Part shown: piece by piece, positions 34,839-48,591 of the stretch
Position numbering within the stretch: the first letter of the stretch is position 1
How the letters are laid out: each line of letters begins with the position of its first letter
Assembly: GCA_038143065.1 (NCBI GenBank)
Contig: JAYQLI010000012.1
Span: forward strand, 1-64,000
Direction: 5' to 3'
Length of the DNA: 64,000 bases
Source: Rhodospirillales bacterium
GTDB lineage: Bacteria > Pseudomonadota > Alphaproteobacteria > Bin95
The notes under the pieces: model-generated
What the model was told of the DNA's origin: nothing
Database searches by the model: none
Seen by the model: only the letters and a program-made list of their open reading frames with translations
Position numbers and translations under genes: made by a program

Positions 34839-36879
34839 TTAAAACGTTTGGCAAAGACGTCTAGAGTCCAGGTATACTAGCATGGATATTTCGGCTCGCC
34901 ACCGCATCCCCAACCCTAAATAGGTTATGACCTCCATAATTAGATATGCTCGGTTGTGCCTCACCTGCTATCAACGCCGGAATATCAACTATTCCATGGG
35001 TTTGCCGCGTTGGCCACCAGCTCAGTAGTAAAGCTCGTCATTCGGCAATGTGCCGTGTTCGACCACAATATAATCTGCCTTTAATTTATAGGGATGGTCG
35101 CCGTAATCAGAGTTAAATTCAGCTAGTACTCCGTTACCTTCGGCTGATACTGTTCAACCTGAAATCAGGTGTCACCTCAACCTGATGGTCATGAAACGCT
35201 TTAATATACATCGGGAAGTTTGATGCCCCCATTTCATGAACCGCATGGCGGTCGGGCGTTACCAGACGCACTTTAAACCCGCGCTTTGCGAGCTCAACTA
35301 CTGTTGATGCAGCTTGATGCTGTCCGTGGTCATCATAAACCAAAACCATCTCTTCACCCGAAGCTATCTTGAGCGCCTCCCCTGACAGCACATCCCATGT
35401 TGAGTGCGCCAGTTCACCACCCTTAATATGCTCAATATCAGGCACACCACCTGTTGCTACCACCACAATATCAGGTTTGAGGGATTCGATCATCTCGCGA
35501 TCTGCAAATTGTTGCCAATGGATATCAACCCCCAGCCTCATTACCTCACTGCTCAGCCAATCAACAATGCCGATCGTGGTCTTTACGTACCTGACTTTTT
35601 GCAGCAAGGCGAACTTGTCCCCCTAATTCAGAAGACGCTTCGATCAACGTCGTCGTGCCCTCGCAAGGCTCGAAACACGGGCCGCTTCTAACCCTGCAGG
35701 CCCGCCACCGACAACCACAACCTTTTTTGCTGTGCCGCCAGATGGTGGAGTGATATGTGGAATACTTCGTTCTCGAGTTGTCGCAACATTATGGATGCAC
35801 AACATCTCACCTTCATTATAGATGCGGTCAATACAATATCCTGCCCCCACACAAGGTCGGATTTCTTCGGCGCGGCCCTCTTTAAGTTTATTGACCAAAT
35901 GCGGATCAGCGATATGCGCCCGCGTCATGCCCACCAAATCAACCAGCTTTTCTTGGATGGCATATCGCGCGGTTGCAAGGTCAGGAGATGCGCGCGCATG
36001 GATGGTTGGCGTTTTCAGCTCAGCCTTAAACGTCCCCGCCAATTGCAGGAACGGAGCCAGCTCTTTAAACATTGCAGGTACCGGATAATTTGCCAGCATA
36101 TATTCCGTATCTGACCTCCCTACATTTAGATTGAAATAATCAATCGTACCGTCTGCTTCAATAATCTTCAGGGCTTCCTAACGCTTCTTCTTTTTGCAAG
36201 CTTCTGTTAGCTTACTGTCCATTTCAACCCGCGCGCCAATCACAAAATCAGTGCCACTATTCCTCTTTAACCTTGTCATAAAGTTCACGCAGAAAACGCA
36301 TCCGCCCTATTAAATCGCCGCCATATTCATCATCACGCAGGTTTGTATCAGGCGAAAGAAACTGCCAGGCAAATGCCCATTTTGCAAAATCTTCAACCAT
36401 CAAGCCCTGCGTCACGGCGTGCGGCGGCAACATAATCACCAATAACGCGTTTGATGTCAGCATGGTCCATCACTTTCGGAAACCCTCGATGGGCAGGTTC
36501 ACGCACGCGAAAGGTGCAATCACTGGCAGCCAATCGCCGTCATTCCACGTAGTTCGGCGTCCCAAATGCGAAATTTGGCACACAATACGGCAATCTTCTT
36601 TATGGATGCGCTCAGCAAATTCTCTAAAATAAGGGATCATCCGATCAGACGACACATCTAGCTGACCGAAGACAGAAGGTGAGTCAGGGCTCACGCAAGA
36701 TGACCCAACCTATCCATCGTCATCCCGATCCCGCCTTTGGCTTTTTCCAAATGGTAACGTTGATATCGCTCTTTTGGCATACCATCCTCTGCTAATGCAG
36801 GCGCGTGGTACGTGCTGACAATACGATTTTTAAGAGTCATCGCCCCCAATTGAAACGGCAATAAAAGCGGGTCTGACAT
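34839..36879 (-). CDS. NADH:flavin oxidoreductase, StcD/HpbA (N-methylproline demethylase)-like (frameshifted)
   Basis: MSDPLL.P...LKNRI, HLGRRTTWNDGDWLP, RDDEYGG, TRAHIADP, CVGAGYCIDR and VVGGGPAGLEAARV motifs. Confidence 0.85.
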
Positions 36880-36984
36880 GGCACACTCTCAATTGAAAAT
36901 TTGAGTTCAAAGTATTCGCAAATATGAATTTAGACGGTGCACGAATGCGCCCTTTAAGGCTAAACCACCTTAAATTTTGTCAAT

Positions 36985-37008
36985 TGTCTAGCCCCTATAC
37001 TCGCCCAG
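36985..37008 (-). mobile_element. Isolated IS3 right terminal repeat
   Basis: TGTCTAGCCCCTATACTCGCCC matches 10954-10977. Confidence 0.7.
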
Positions 37009-37427
37009 TCATTTTAAGTCGGTTGTACTAAGTAAGAATTACTGTTTTTTTCTAGGCATAGCTACACACAGGTTTGTGGAGCCAGGAAAGTCCAGTGAAA
37101 AGAATTTTTTATGACAGCAGAGCTCTGTCGAAAGTCATAATTTTGGTGCGTCTTGTAGCTCTACTTTAAAAACCAAAGAACGAAAAAGAACTTTACTCTT
37201 TAGCTCTCGGCAGGCAGAGCGTGTTTTAGCGCTCATGGACCCAAAGGTCAGCGTTGCGGACAAAGCCGACTTTTAAGCTCAAAGCCTTAATGTTGATTTT
37301 AGGCCTATTGATAATTTCAGGATTGCAAAATGCTAAATGGCCTTTCCATTACCGATATTCTTATTAAGGTTGAGGTTGCGTGCCGGTATCATCCAGCCAA
37401 GCCACTTGTGCGTTTAAGGAAACTGCT

Positions 37428-38405
37428 ATGCCGATTGATTTTGCAAATGCCCAATCAACTGACACTAAAACGATCCCTGTGATCGACGTTTCAGTGCGGT
37501 TTCTGGTGACGGCATCAACGGTGTTGCAGACGCGATTTACGCCGTTGCCGCGATAAACCATGGTTTTTTTATATCTCGAACCATGGGATAGAATCTGCCC
37601 TGATGGAACAGGCATTTGCAGTCGCCAAAGCATTTTTGAACTACCCGAAAGCGAAAAACAAGCTGTCGCTGTGGACAAAATCAACGCGGCTGGCTGGCGC
37701 AGGATGTCGCGTTTGCAGGGTCAAAGACCCATGACCTAAAAAAGAGGTCTTCTTTTGGGGCGCGCACACGGCGGCAGATGACGCGGACGTGTTGCTGGCA
37801 AACCGCTATGCGCTCTGAACCAATGGCCGAAAGATTTTCCCCGCCTCTGCAGATTTGGTTCCTTACTACGACGCCGTTTGTAAAGTGGCTCGCTGCGTCA
37901 TAGGCGGCGGTGGCCATCAGTCTTGATCAGCCCGCCGACTTCTTTGATGAAGTTTTATGCTAAACCCCTCGCGCAGGCAGATGGTTTATTACCCAGCATC
38001 AACAGCGCGAGACGAAGCAGAGGCCCGCTTCGGCGTTGCCCCACACACGGATTTCGGTGTGCTGACCGTTTTGATGCAAAGACAGCAGTGGCGGGCTTCA
38101 AGTGCGAGCTAAATCTATGACTGGATCGAAGCGCCACTATTCCTGGCACTTTGGTTTGCAATATCGGTGATCTATTTGGCGCGATGGAGCAACAAACGAT
38201 TTGCCTCAACTGTGCATCGCGTGATTAACCGTACCAGCCACCCGCGCTATTCCATACCCCGTATTTTTTGATCCGCATACAGATACAGTCATTGATCCGG
38301 TCTGATCTTGGCGTATCCGCCCACAATAGCCTGTTCGACCCCGTCCGCACCGGGCAATATATCATGGAACGCAATGCAAAGAGCTTTGCCCAATATAAAA
38401 AATAG
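37428..38405 (+). CDS. 2-oxoglutarate/Fe(II) oxygenase, IPNS family (frameshifted; not in ORF track)
   Basis: IPVIDVS, GFFYISNHG, PHTDFGVLT, NIGD...W.N..F.STVHRV and RYSIP across frames. Confidence 0.85.
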
Positions 38406-38949
38406 GGAAATCGAGACGGCTAATCCATTTTTAACGCAAACAGATTGACGAATATCATTGCGGTTCTTCTTGCCTAAATCTCAACCTTAAGAGCAGCCAT
38501 TGATAAAGAGTGCAAAATTAGTCACTTTGCGCTGCTCAGCCGCCATTCGCTGCAATGCGATTAAATGTCCGCTTTGGGTGGGCGCGCCATGCCTTGTAAA
38601 TGTTGACGCAGCAATCCAAAATAGCCTCCCCTTTCTTCGGTGGAGGTTTTTAAGCTTTGCGTCAGTTGAAAAACCCGCGATGTGGCAACAACCGTCAAGC
38701 CAGACTTTTGTCCGTGGTATTTTCTTAGAACCCATACAATACTTTTGCCGAATTCGTTAACAAATATGGAGGATCGAGCAAAAACCCTAACTTTCTCAGT
38801 CACGCTACAAAGTAGAAATCCAATTTTGCAGGATGCAGCAGCACGGTTATCTGTTACCTCTAGAATGACCAACACGATTCCTGAACCATCCTGCAGCGCG
38901 AGTACCTGAGGAGGCTCTGCACGGTCGAAACATTCGTCTTTCAAGTTTA

Positions 38950-40430
38950 CCGTTAATCGCTTTAGAACTCACTGGGTTTCGCAGTCGAAACTTGATATGT
39001 TTTGGTTCGAGATAAGCGTCCAAACCTTCTCGTCCAAGTTCACGACCCTGACCCACTCATTTTCCAACCACCAAATGGGGCTTGAAGCTCTGAAGTGTCG
39101 TTCACGTTGACGCCCACGGCACCAAACTCCAAGCTTTCCGCCAGCGTCCAAAGTCGGTCTAGATCCTTGCCGTAGATGTAAGCTGCGAGCCCATACTCTA
39201 GGCCGTTTGCGATATTCAGCATTTCAGCTTCTGTCTCATAAGCGGCAATGGCGGCGATGGGGCCATAGGTTTCCTCGATCATAGGCAGCGCGTTCAGAGG
39301 TGTGTCATCCAGCACAGTCGGGCGGAAGTAATGTCATTGGCAAACTCTGATGCTTGCGGTGTAGCGCCGCCCGCTATCAGACGCGCGCCCTTTTGGGTGG
39401 CGTCCTGAATGTGCCGCAACGCACGATCTGTTACCGAAGCATTCAGTGTTGGTCCATAACTCACGCCATCCTCAAGCCCGTTGTTGTTCCGTCGCATCCG
39501 CGAGCGCCCAGCTATAAGAGCTGAAAACTTTTTATGGACCCGTTGATCTACAAGGAATCCGGTTCACGGTGATACATATCTGACCCATATTGGAAAAGGC
39601 ACGCCGGTGAGCGGCTATGGCTGCCTCTGCGATGTCAGCATCGGCAGTTACAATGGAATGGCATGACCGCCAGCGAGTTCCAGACAGGTACGCTTGAGGT
39701 TTCCAGCAGATGCGCGCAAAATGGCTGCCCTGCCCCCACAGAAGCGTGGTCGCTGAAATGATCCGAACATCTTTATGGGAGAGAGCGCTTTGCCAGCCAC
39801 CCGGACCAAGCCCTGGTAGGTCTGTTATGGCACCGGAGGGAACACCAGCCTCGTGCAGGCAATCAACAACCATTGCGATGGCCAATGGCGTCTCATGTGG
39901 TGATTTCACGACCAATGGCACCCAGCAGCTAAAGCCGGGCCAACTTTTCCAGCAATACAGATCAACCGGGTAATTCCACGGTACTATAGCGCTTCGCCAC
40001 ACCCACCGCTTGACGTGACGAGGTTGCGAATATCAGGCGCAGAAGCGGGGCGGATCGACCCATAGATACGTGTGCCTTCCTCTGCGTAGTACCGTAGCAC
40101 TTCGGCCCCGAACGAAATTTCCTTAATATTATCAGAAACAGTTTTGCCTTGTTCTGCTGGAGTAAACGCCATGTCCGGCGTACGCTCATCGATCAAATTG
40201 GCCGCGCGCCGCAAGATATCGCCGCGCGCACGTACGCCCATCGCCTCAAAATCAACACGAACCGCATCGGCGGCCGCAACAGCGCGATCAACAATGGCAG
40301 CGTCTGCCAGAAGCGTAGATCCGACACGGTCCGGTGGCAGGATTGAAAATGATGTGAAGGTCTCAGGGCCACTGTGCATTTCCCAGTGGCCATTAATGAA
40401 GAAAAATCCACGTTCCCGCATACCACTCAC
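38950..40430 (-). CDS. NAD-dependent aldehyde dehydrogenase, SSADH-like (frameshifted)
   Basis: AIVPWNYP, FSNMGQICI, EETYGP and APFGGWK.SG.GRE motifs. Confidence 0.88.
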
Positions 40431-41197
40431 CTTAGCTTCAATCGGCGGGCAAGCTCCGCATAATTACGATCATTCTGTTCGGTCGCGGCCACTTTATCCG
40501 TGGTGTTGGGGCTTTGCATGATGAATGGCTCTTTTCAGAGCGACGACACGCTCAGCCGTCGCAGCATTGATCGCATGACCGATGGCGATAGCGATAGACG
40601 TCGCAGGTCGCCTTGGTCTTACCCCGCATTCCTCGACCTCAATTCCCCGCATCCCCTAAAAGGCACACCGGTGTCACGATAACGACATCTGCCAGTTCAA
40701 ACAGCCGCTTGCCGCAAGAATGACGCGAGAGTGACGGGAGGAATGCGGGGATGGAAGTAACCCCAATCAGTTTCAGCCGCTTTGCCCTGCGGCAATATCA
40801 AGTGTGACGGCATTCAGACCGGAGTGAGAGAATATGAGCATTGCGTCCCCTTGAACGGTATCATGCGCAGCAAGGATCGCATCGCCGTAGCCTTCCTGAC
40901 TATGGATGAACCGGTACTGCCGCGCGCCTCATCCCAGAGAACCCGGTGGAACGAAATCATGGAACTTTCGACAATTGGCCCGAAAACCTGTGACGGTCCC
41001 GTGCGCGGAAACATCTCCATTGCGGCAAATGAACCATGGCCTGTACCAAATGTGAACACCAACTTGTCGTCAAGGATCGCCTTGGCACAGATATCTGCAA
41101 CGGCGTTGATTGCGTCGCTTTGGCTGTCTTGAACCTTTTGCAACCGTTCAATCAGATCTGAAAGATAACGGGTTGGCATATCGTTCATGGTATTCAT
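40430..41197 (-). CDS. SIS-domain sugar isomerase-like protein (frameshifted)
   Basis: INAVADICA...VFTFGTGHG and IGVTS...SRHSCGKRLFELAD across frames. Confidence 0.78.
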
Positions 41198-41935
41198 CCT
41201 TTGTCAGTGATTGCATCAAGGGCGATTTGGAACATTCGGGCTTCGCCCGCGGCCAAAGGGTCAGACCTAATTTTTCCTGGCTGATCCCATCAACGGTGCC
41301 CAGACACAACGTTGCCGACGCAACACCAAGATCGCCAGCCGCAGCAATGAGCGCCGAGGTCTCCATATCCGTGGCAAGGACACCCTTGTCATGCAGCGTT
41401 TGACAATATTGTAGACACGCGGCCCTGGCTGGCGTCTCAATCGCAAACATATCACGGCAGAAAGCATCAAAAAAGTCGCAAAAAGCCCGGTATGAGCAAT
41501 GACACCCTGTCCTGACAGCTGCGGCATTCAAGCGTGGACCAGCTCTTCATTCGCTGTCAGTTTGCCGCCATCGCGGTTATACGCCCCACCGGTACCCTCA
41601 TAGCTCGGCGCATCTTGGCTGATCAGAAATTCGCCAGGGCGTGCTGGAGGGAAATGCATCGCCGTGCCTATTCGAACGAACCGTTTTAGTCCGAGATAGG
41701 CCAGTTCATGCAGGACAATCGTTGCAATAGGCGATCCCATTCCAAAGGCGGCAATGCTGACGCGGACGCCATTGTAGTGGCCCGTGACGGTCTGGAGGCC
41801 GCGTTTGATGGGCAGGAAGACAGGATCGAACAATCGTGTCGCAATTCGGTCGATACGGTCAGGGTCACCGACAAGGATCGCACATTCTCCGACATCATTT
41901 GGGCTATGCCCCAGATACCAAGCGCGCTTTGTCAT
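41190..41935 (-). CDS. Nucleoside phosphorylase, uridine phosphorylase/PNP-like (frameshifted)
   Basis: LVGDPDRI, FGMGSP, RIGT and ATDMETS motifs. Confidence 0.87.
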
Positions 41936-42743
41936 AAAGCTGGTCCTTTCTCTTTGAGTGAGGAGGAGGTTCGCCGCTACAATCCCCGCCTTTGCCGCCT
42001 CGACGGGCGTCGCGCCAGACATCTGCTGTGATGAAGCCGCCTGCAAAACTATCTCCCGAACCGGTCATATCCCGACACTTGGCAGGTGAAACCGTCAGCA
42101 GGGTTTCGGTGCCGTCAATTGTAACACTGACGCCTTCTGCACCCCGTGTTTCTATCACGATAGCCGAGGTCGCTGTTACCATCCCGCGTTCTGCCCTATT
42201 GCAGAAAATAACATCTGTAGAAGCGCTAAGTGCCGCGCAGATCTCTGGCGTAAAACTTTGCGCATCATCTTTCATGGCCCAATACAGACGGGAATTGGGT
42301 GCACGGGCTGATAGTATATCTTCCGTGACCTGCGGTGGCCCAACAGACACACATAGATGCGAAGCATGACCGATGAGACGCTTTTGTGAGTCTGTCAGAA
42401 CTCTTGACCAGGTGCCCCGGGGTCGTAAAGACATGTACATGCGCCGTCCGGGTCAGGTCAGCATAGCAACTGGGGACCGAGCACCAGATATCTGTGCCAC
42501 CCCTCTGTTAATAGACCATATCTTTGCAATTCCTTCTGAGCCAATCGCCCAACTGATCATCTCCGACCCATCAACGGCGCAGCTTTCAAACCTGCCTGCA
42601 AGGTGGCCCCCAGCTATATATGATGGACACCCGCCCGCACGCGGCCATGTTGTCCTCACGGCCCGCGCGGTTCGCTCAGCACCACTGGTCCCTCACAGAT
42701 ACATCACATGATCCAGGCTGGCATATCCGGTGACGACCAACAT
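41932..42743 (-). CDS. PfkB family carbohydrate kinase (frameshifted)
   Basis: RAGGCPSY, FCNRAE, TRGAEG and DMTGSGDSFAGG motifs. Confidence 0.85.
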
Positions 42744-43295
42744 CAAGTAAACATCTCCTTGGCCTCAGCCAAGGTGACTACCCGCCCGAGATATCGCGAG
42801 ATATCCTCAAGGCTGGCGTCACCTAGATTTGCGCGGTTTGTATTGACTGCATCACCCACAACAGCCACGTCAAACCCATGCCCAAAGGCGTCCTGTGCAG
42901 TGGCGCGCACACAGACATTGGTTTTAACGCCACAGATAACGACGCTATCTACACCCTGTTCGCGCAAGAACAGGGACAATTCTGTTGCAAAAAATGCGCT
43001 ATAGCGCCTCTTCTTGAGTGTAATTTCTCGTTTGCGGTCCTGAGGGCCAAAACCCTTAAAGAACGCGGCGTCGAAGCCACCTTCGATCCCATGAAATGGC
43101 AGTTTCGGTTGTTCGAAATCGGTGAACCCGTCACGGTGGACATCGGCGATATGGACTATGATGGCTTCGGTCGCGGCGACAACGCCAATCAGATCCAAAC
43201 AAGGCTGAACGACGTCAGATGCCGCCGGATAGTAATTTCCGCCATCCGGGTGCAGAAAGAATTCTGCATATCGATCACCAAAGTGCTATGCTCAT
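42743..43295 (-). CDS. Isochorismatase-family cysteine hydrolase (RutB/nicotinamidase-like)
   Basis: LVIDMQNSF, KRRYSAFF and GVKTNVCVRATAQDA supply the D-K-C triad. Confidence 0.87.
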
Positions 43296-44177
43296 GCTTT
43301 TGCCTTTCTCTGTGCCTGGATGCTGGCTACAACCAAAGCGATGAGTACCATCACGTAAGGCAGCATGCCAATCAGCTTGGGCGGCAAACCTTCAAGCTGA
43401 AGTCTGATTTGCGCAGCTTCGAGCGCCCCAAATAGCAGGCAAGCAAAAGCTGTCGTGACGGGATCGGTCGCGGCCGAAATAAAATGCCGCCAAAGCGATA
43501 AAGCCAGCCGTAAGCCCTTCATTAAATAGCCCAAGCGATACCAGCGCCAGATGCGCACCGGCAAGGCCACAAAAGAACCCGGCGCAGGCCGTGGTGAAAT
43601 CCTGAATGGTCAAATGCTGCAAAACCAGATCGCGCCATCTCTGAGGCGTTTCCGGTTGCGCGAATCCAAAGCCCGATACGTGTGCTGGCCAGCACAAATG
43701 GCAATAAACCAACTGTCATCCAAGCGAAAAGCGTCAATGGATCAAGCGCCGCAAGACTTGGTCCGACCAGTGGCACGACCTCAAGTCCAGCGGGCAGAAG
43801 CTTTGGCAAAAGCGCTACATCAGGAAGCCGCAGAGTGCCTGATGAGCGATACACCCAACTGAGAATGAAACCGAGTACACCGGCCACCAAAATGTTCAGA
43901 CCCAAACCAGCAACAATCATATTAGCTCCGGCGCGCGTAATACTGAGAGAGAACAGCCAACCAATTGCGGCGCTAGCCAAAGCTGCAGCCAAACAGGCGA
44001 TAATCCAACTGCCCGTGGCTGAGGATACAATCACAGCCACAAAAGCCCCGGCCAACATCTTGGCCTCAAGCCCGATGTTCACGATGCCGGCGCGTTGTTG
44101 ATCCAGCCCGCCCATTGCCGCCAAAGGATTGGCGTTGTTAACATGATTGCGGATGCGATTAGATGCTCAAACTGCAT
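43292..44177 (-). CDS. Nucleoside ABC permease 2 (frameshifted)
   Basis: RAGIVNIGLE, GFIALAA and LPYV motifs. Confidence 0.85.
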
Positions 44178-45205
44178 GGGTCTGCCTCCGTCTGTTCTTC
44201 ATAAGACGCGCGGCTTCGATGACGGCAAAGATCATCACTGTCCCTTGAATGATATTTACCAGTCTAATGGAATATTTGAAAAGAAGAGTTGGAACCGTTG
44301 TCCCGGCAGAGGCTAGAGCTCCGAATAGCACTGCGCCAAACAAAATACCGATCGGGTGGTTCCGTGCTAGCAAGGCCACGGCCATGCCTGTAAAACCATA
44401 TCCGGGTGAAAACCCGTCTGAGAAGCGATGCATCTGCCCCAACCCATGTGATGCACCGCCAAAGCCGGCAATCACGCCGGACAACACCATGACCAAAATG
44501 ATGACCGCAGGAACCGAGATCCCGACCGCACGCGCGAAGCGGGGGTTTTGACCCACCACCGCTCCCTCGAAACCTGAGGGTGTGTTGCGGCACCAGGTCC
44601 AGTAGGCAATGATGCAAAGTAGCCCGATGATGAAGCCTGCGTGTAATGTTGAGGGTGGCATCAAACGCTCAAGTTCAGCAGTTTCATGAATGAGCGGCGT
44701 GACGTTGTTTTCCGGATTGGGGTGACAGAAGGGGACCATTGACCAAGTACCCACTGATACCGGCTGCAATGAAGTTCAGCATCAAGGTTGAGACAACTCA
44801 TCCGCCTCATACTTTGCCAAAAGCACGCCGGGCAGCCATAGCCACAATCCGCCTGTTACTGCCGCAGCGATAAAAGCCAACGGGATAATTCCACTCCAAT
44901 AGACGCAGGGAGCGTGAATGCGACAAAAAAATTGCAGCCAAACCACCTAAGACAAACGCGCCATCCACACCGACGTTGAATACGCCTGAACGAAAGCAAA
45001 TGGCTGTGGCGACAGCGGTGAACAGCAGTGGCGTAGACGCAGAAAGTGTGGCCGCAAATCGCCGGACATTTCCGAATGCTTCTGTTGCCATCAGAGTAAG
45101 GATTTCAACTGGGTTTTCGCCAATTGTCAATAGAACAATGGCGGCAATGGCGAAAGCGAACAGCAGGCAATACAATGCCCAGACTGCGTTCAGTGCAGTA
45201 CCCAT
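44167..45205 (-). CDS. Nucleoside ABC permease 1 (frameshifted)
   Basis: FRSGVFNVG, G.NPRFA..G and GYGFTGMAVALLARNHP motifs. Confidence 0.85.
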
Positions 45206-46740
45206 TACTGCCGTCCCTGTACCACATCATCCGCCTGATCAGAGGCAGGTTGCTAGCGGGAGCGTTGACAGTGCCAACTATTGTTCCTCTGCAATGACAT
45301 TTTTGCGCGTGGACAGCTCAATCAGTTCGTCCAACTCCTCTGAGATTAACAGAACGGCTCCACCACTATCTCTGAAATCACGGATTAATTGGTGAATGGC
45401 AGCAATACCGTTTAGATCGACCCCGCGCGTGGGTTGCGATGCGATCAAACCTGAGGAGCAGTGGCGATTTCACGCGCAAACACAAGCTTTTGCTGATTTC
45501 CCCCGGACAGGCTGCTGACGGATCGGATGGTCCGTCGTATTTGATATCAAGCGCTTGCAGCCGATCCTGTGCAATCTTGCGCATTGCTGCTCGGTTTAGC
45601 CATACGCCATGGCCAATAGGGGAGGTCCTGTGGCTGCCTGCCACTACATTTGTTTCGATGCTAGACTGTATGCTCAAACCTTGACGGCGATCTGCTGATA
45701 TAGGGCAATGCCATGACGACGTCGTTGAGAAGGATTTAGGGCCGACAAAGCTATACCATTCAGCTTCACGAGACCAGAAGATGGTCGCAACCCGACCAAA
45801 CATTCAGCCAATTCGTTTTGACCGTTGCCTGACACGCCCGCTATGCCCAGAATTTCACCGCGGCCGATAGTTAAAGAGATGTTATGCAGTGTGGCTTCGG
45901 TTCACACTGCGTGTGTTCAAAGACGCAATACTCAGCAGCTCGGATTGCGGCTTAGGCGCCTCATCGTTTACGCCATCATGCAATTCGCCGTTGACAATGT
46001 GGCGTGAAATCTCATCTGCAGTGCACTCCGCGACAGAACTATGGAACAACCGTCTCACCTTGCCGGATGACAGTGACTTCATCTGCAAGTGCTGTAACTT
46101 CGCCAATCTTGTGGCTAATGAACAATAAAGCCGTTCCTTGCGTACGCAGATTGCAGGAGAAGAGTGAAGAGTTCGTCAACCTGTACAGGGCCAGTACCGC
46201 CGTTGGCTCATCAAGGATCAAAGTCCGACATCCCCGGCGCAAAAGGCGTATGATCTCGACAAATTGTAGAATATGGACGGGTGCGTTTGCTGCATGTTGA
46301 TCCCAGTCAATCAACGCGCCAATTTGTTCTGCCAAGGCTTGCCCTCTGGTTTCTGCGCGGCAGGCCAATCAATCAAGACAAGGGCCCGCACGACCGTTTG
46401 ACCGGCTCTTCCCCAAGAACGAGATTCTCTAATAACGAGAGATCGGGCGCGATCATAAATTCCTGATGCACCATTCCGATACCATGGCGCAGCGCGTCGC
46501 CAGGGTTGGTAAAGTCTACGCGCACACCATCGACGAAAATCTCACCCCCATCCGGGCGCTCAACTCCTTGCAATAGACGCATCAACGTGGATTTTCCTGC
46601 ACCGTTTTCGCCCACAACAGCGTGAATCGATCCAGCTTGTGTTGCAATTGACGTTGCGGTTTGCAACCACGGGAGCCATAGGTCTTTCGAAGTCCTACCG
46701 CTTGAAGCCCGGAAGAGGATGGTGGTGCGCGCAATGACCT
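45205..46740 (-). CDS. Sugar/nucleoside ABC ATP-binding protein, double domain (frameshifted)
   Basis: VGENGAGKSTL, ILDEPTAVL, ISHK, GVSGNGQ and QPTRGVD motifs. Confidence 0.88.
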
Positions 46741-46749
46741 AACCGCCTA

Positions 46750-47771
46750 ATTTACTGAAAGAAGTCAGGTAGCCTCGTTTGAAACATCCCAGACGTCAAT
46801 GTCGCCTGCAATGATTTGGGCTTTCATATCTTCCACTTTCTCCACATAACTGGCGGGGATGATATCTTTGGTATGCATCATGGGCGATAGGGCAACACCG
46901 TTTTCCGCCAGTCCAAAATGCATCACTTCGCCACCGGGAAACGTATCAGCCGCATAGTTGGTCACGATCTCATCAACAGCGACGTCCACACGTTTGACCA
47001 TGGATGTCAGTACATGCCCCGGGGCAAGGCCGTCCTGGTCATTGTCAACGCCAATCGCATAGTGACCACGCGCTTTGGCAGCTTCAATAATTCCAATCCC
47101 AGTGCCACCAGCCACTTGATACACGATGTCGGCACCATCATCAAACATAGCATTCGCCATCTGGGCGCCTTTTGCGGGATCACCAAAGCTATCCGCATAG
47201 GCAATTTTGATTTCGATATCTGGATTGACGGCTTCTGCGCCCTGGATAAAGCCAACAATGAATTTGTCGATTCCGGGCGCTTTAAAGCCCCCGATCACAC
47301 CAATGACAGCATCTTCATTAATCCCCTGAATCGATGTATCCGGCGTGACCTGCGCGGCCAAAGCCCCTGCAAGATAAGATCCTTCATGTTCACCAAACAC
47401 AACCGATGCAACGTTATCCCCTTCGCGGGTTTGGTTCATTATTACCCAGTTTGTATCTACATAATCTGGCCAGCGCCTCCATTGGCTCTCCGTGGATCCA
47501 CTCTAGTGAAATCACAAGCCCAAAGCCGCCATCAGCAGCGCGGCGCATGATCTCCTCGACCTGTGCGAAAACATCGGGTGACTCAATTGGACGCCCTGTA
47601 AATCCCGTTTTCTCCAGACCTGATTGAAGCCTGCATTCGCGGTATCGTTCCAGGACGCGTCACCCAGACCCCTTGGGCAATAATCAGTGCTGCGGGCCTT
47701 TCGTCCGCTGATACGGCCGTTGCCGCACAAAGCGCTATCGTTATTTTTGAAAGAAATTGCATTGCCTTCAT
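46750..47771 (-). CDS. BMP/PnrA family ABC substrate-binding protein (frameshifted)
   Basis: GLGDASWN, EHEGSYLAG, SFGDPAKG, AIGVD.DQ and TSMVKRVD motifs. Confidence 0.9.
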
Positions 47772-47774
47772 GGT

Positions 47775-48569
47775 TTATCTCCCTTTTGTAAGTTCCTTGT
47801 GGTCTTTGTGAATGCGGAGCGGCACTTGATAAGTCGTATGACGTGCCAAAGTTGTTTTGTAAGTGTACCGCTCGGCAGGATAGATGGCTTCGGCAACTTC
47901 CAGAAGCCTTTCATCATTCGAATAGGTCTGGCGCGTCACCACGGTGACTGCCGACGGGTCGTTAAGCGAGAGTGCTTGTTGTTCATGAGCCATTGCCAAA
48001 CGGGCCGTCACGATTTCAGATGCTGAGGCGATCTCATGCCCTGCATTTTGTAATGCGGAATACAAGGAAAACTGAGACTGATTGCCCGCAACCAGCGACT
48101 GCGTATCATGTTCTGAAAACTGTGCCAAAATTGCTTTGGGCACGAAACTTGAATGCAATGCTGCGGCCAATCCATCAACCAATCGAACACGCTCAAGACG
48201 CATCGCCGGTTCAAAACACCCAAGTGAGGCGCTGATTTGCCTGTCGGCGGTAGAAAATGACAAACGCGTTGCTCGGCGACATATCCTTGACCAGAAACGG
48301 TTTCTGTAAAACTCAGAAGACGCCCTAGGTCTCTCCGCAGATTTACTCCCGCAACAAATGTACCAGAACCCTGTTTACGGACGGCCAGCCCCTCTGCGAC
48401 CAAAAGTTCTACGGCTTTGACAACTGTTCCACGGCTGACTCCGTAGTTCCGGCTGAGTTCTGGTTCAGATGAGCATGCGGCTGCCCAATGGAAATGCACC
48501 ACTGGTTATTTGCTGACGCAGAATGTCTGCGAGGAACTGATATCTAGGCTGTCGTTTCAAGGCTTGCAT
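47775..48569 (-). CDS. GntR (HutC/UTRA) regulator (frameshifted)
   Basis: SEPELSRNYGVSRGTVVKAV...RKQGSGTFV HTH, followed by a UTRA-like domain. Confidence 0.88.
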
Positions 48570-48591
48570 TCTAAGCAGAATATATCAAACT

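Noticed and set aside
38480-38945. Possible gene remnant between the oxygenase and the aldehyde dehydrogenase
   Set aside because: No convincing motif in any frame.
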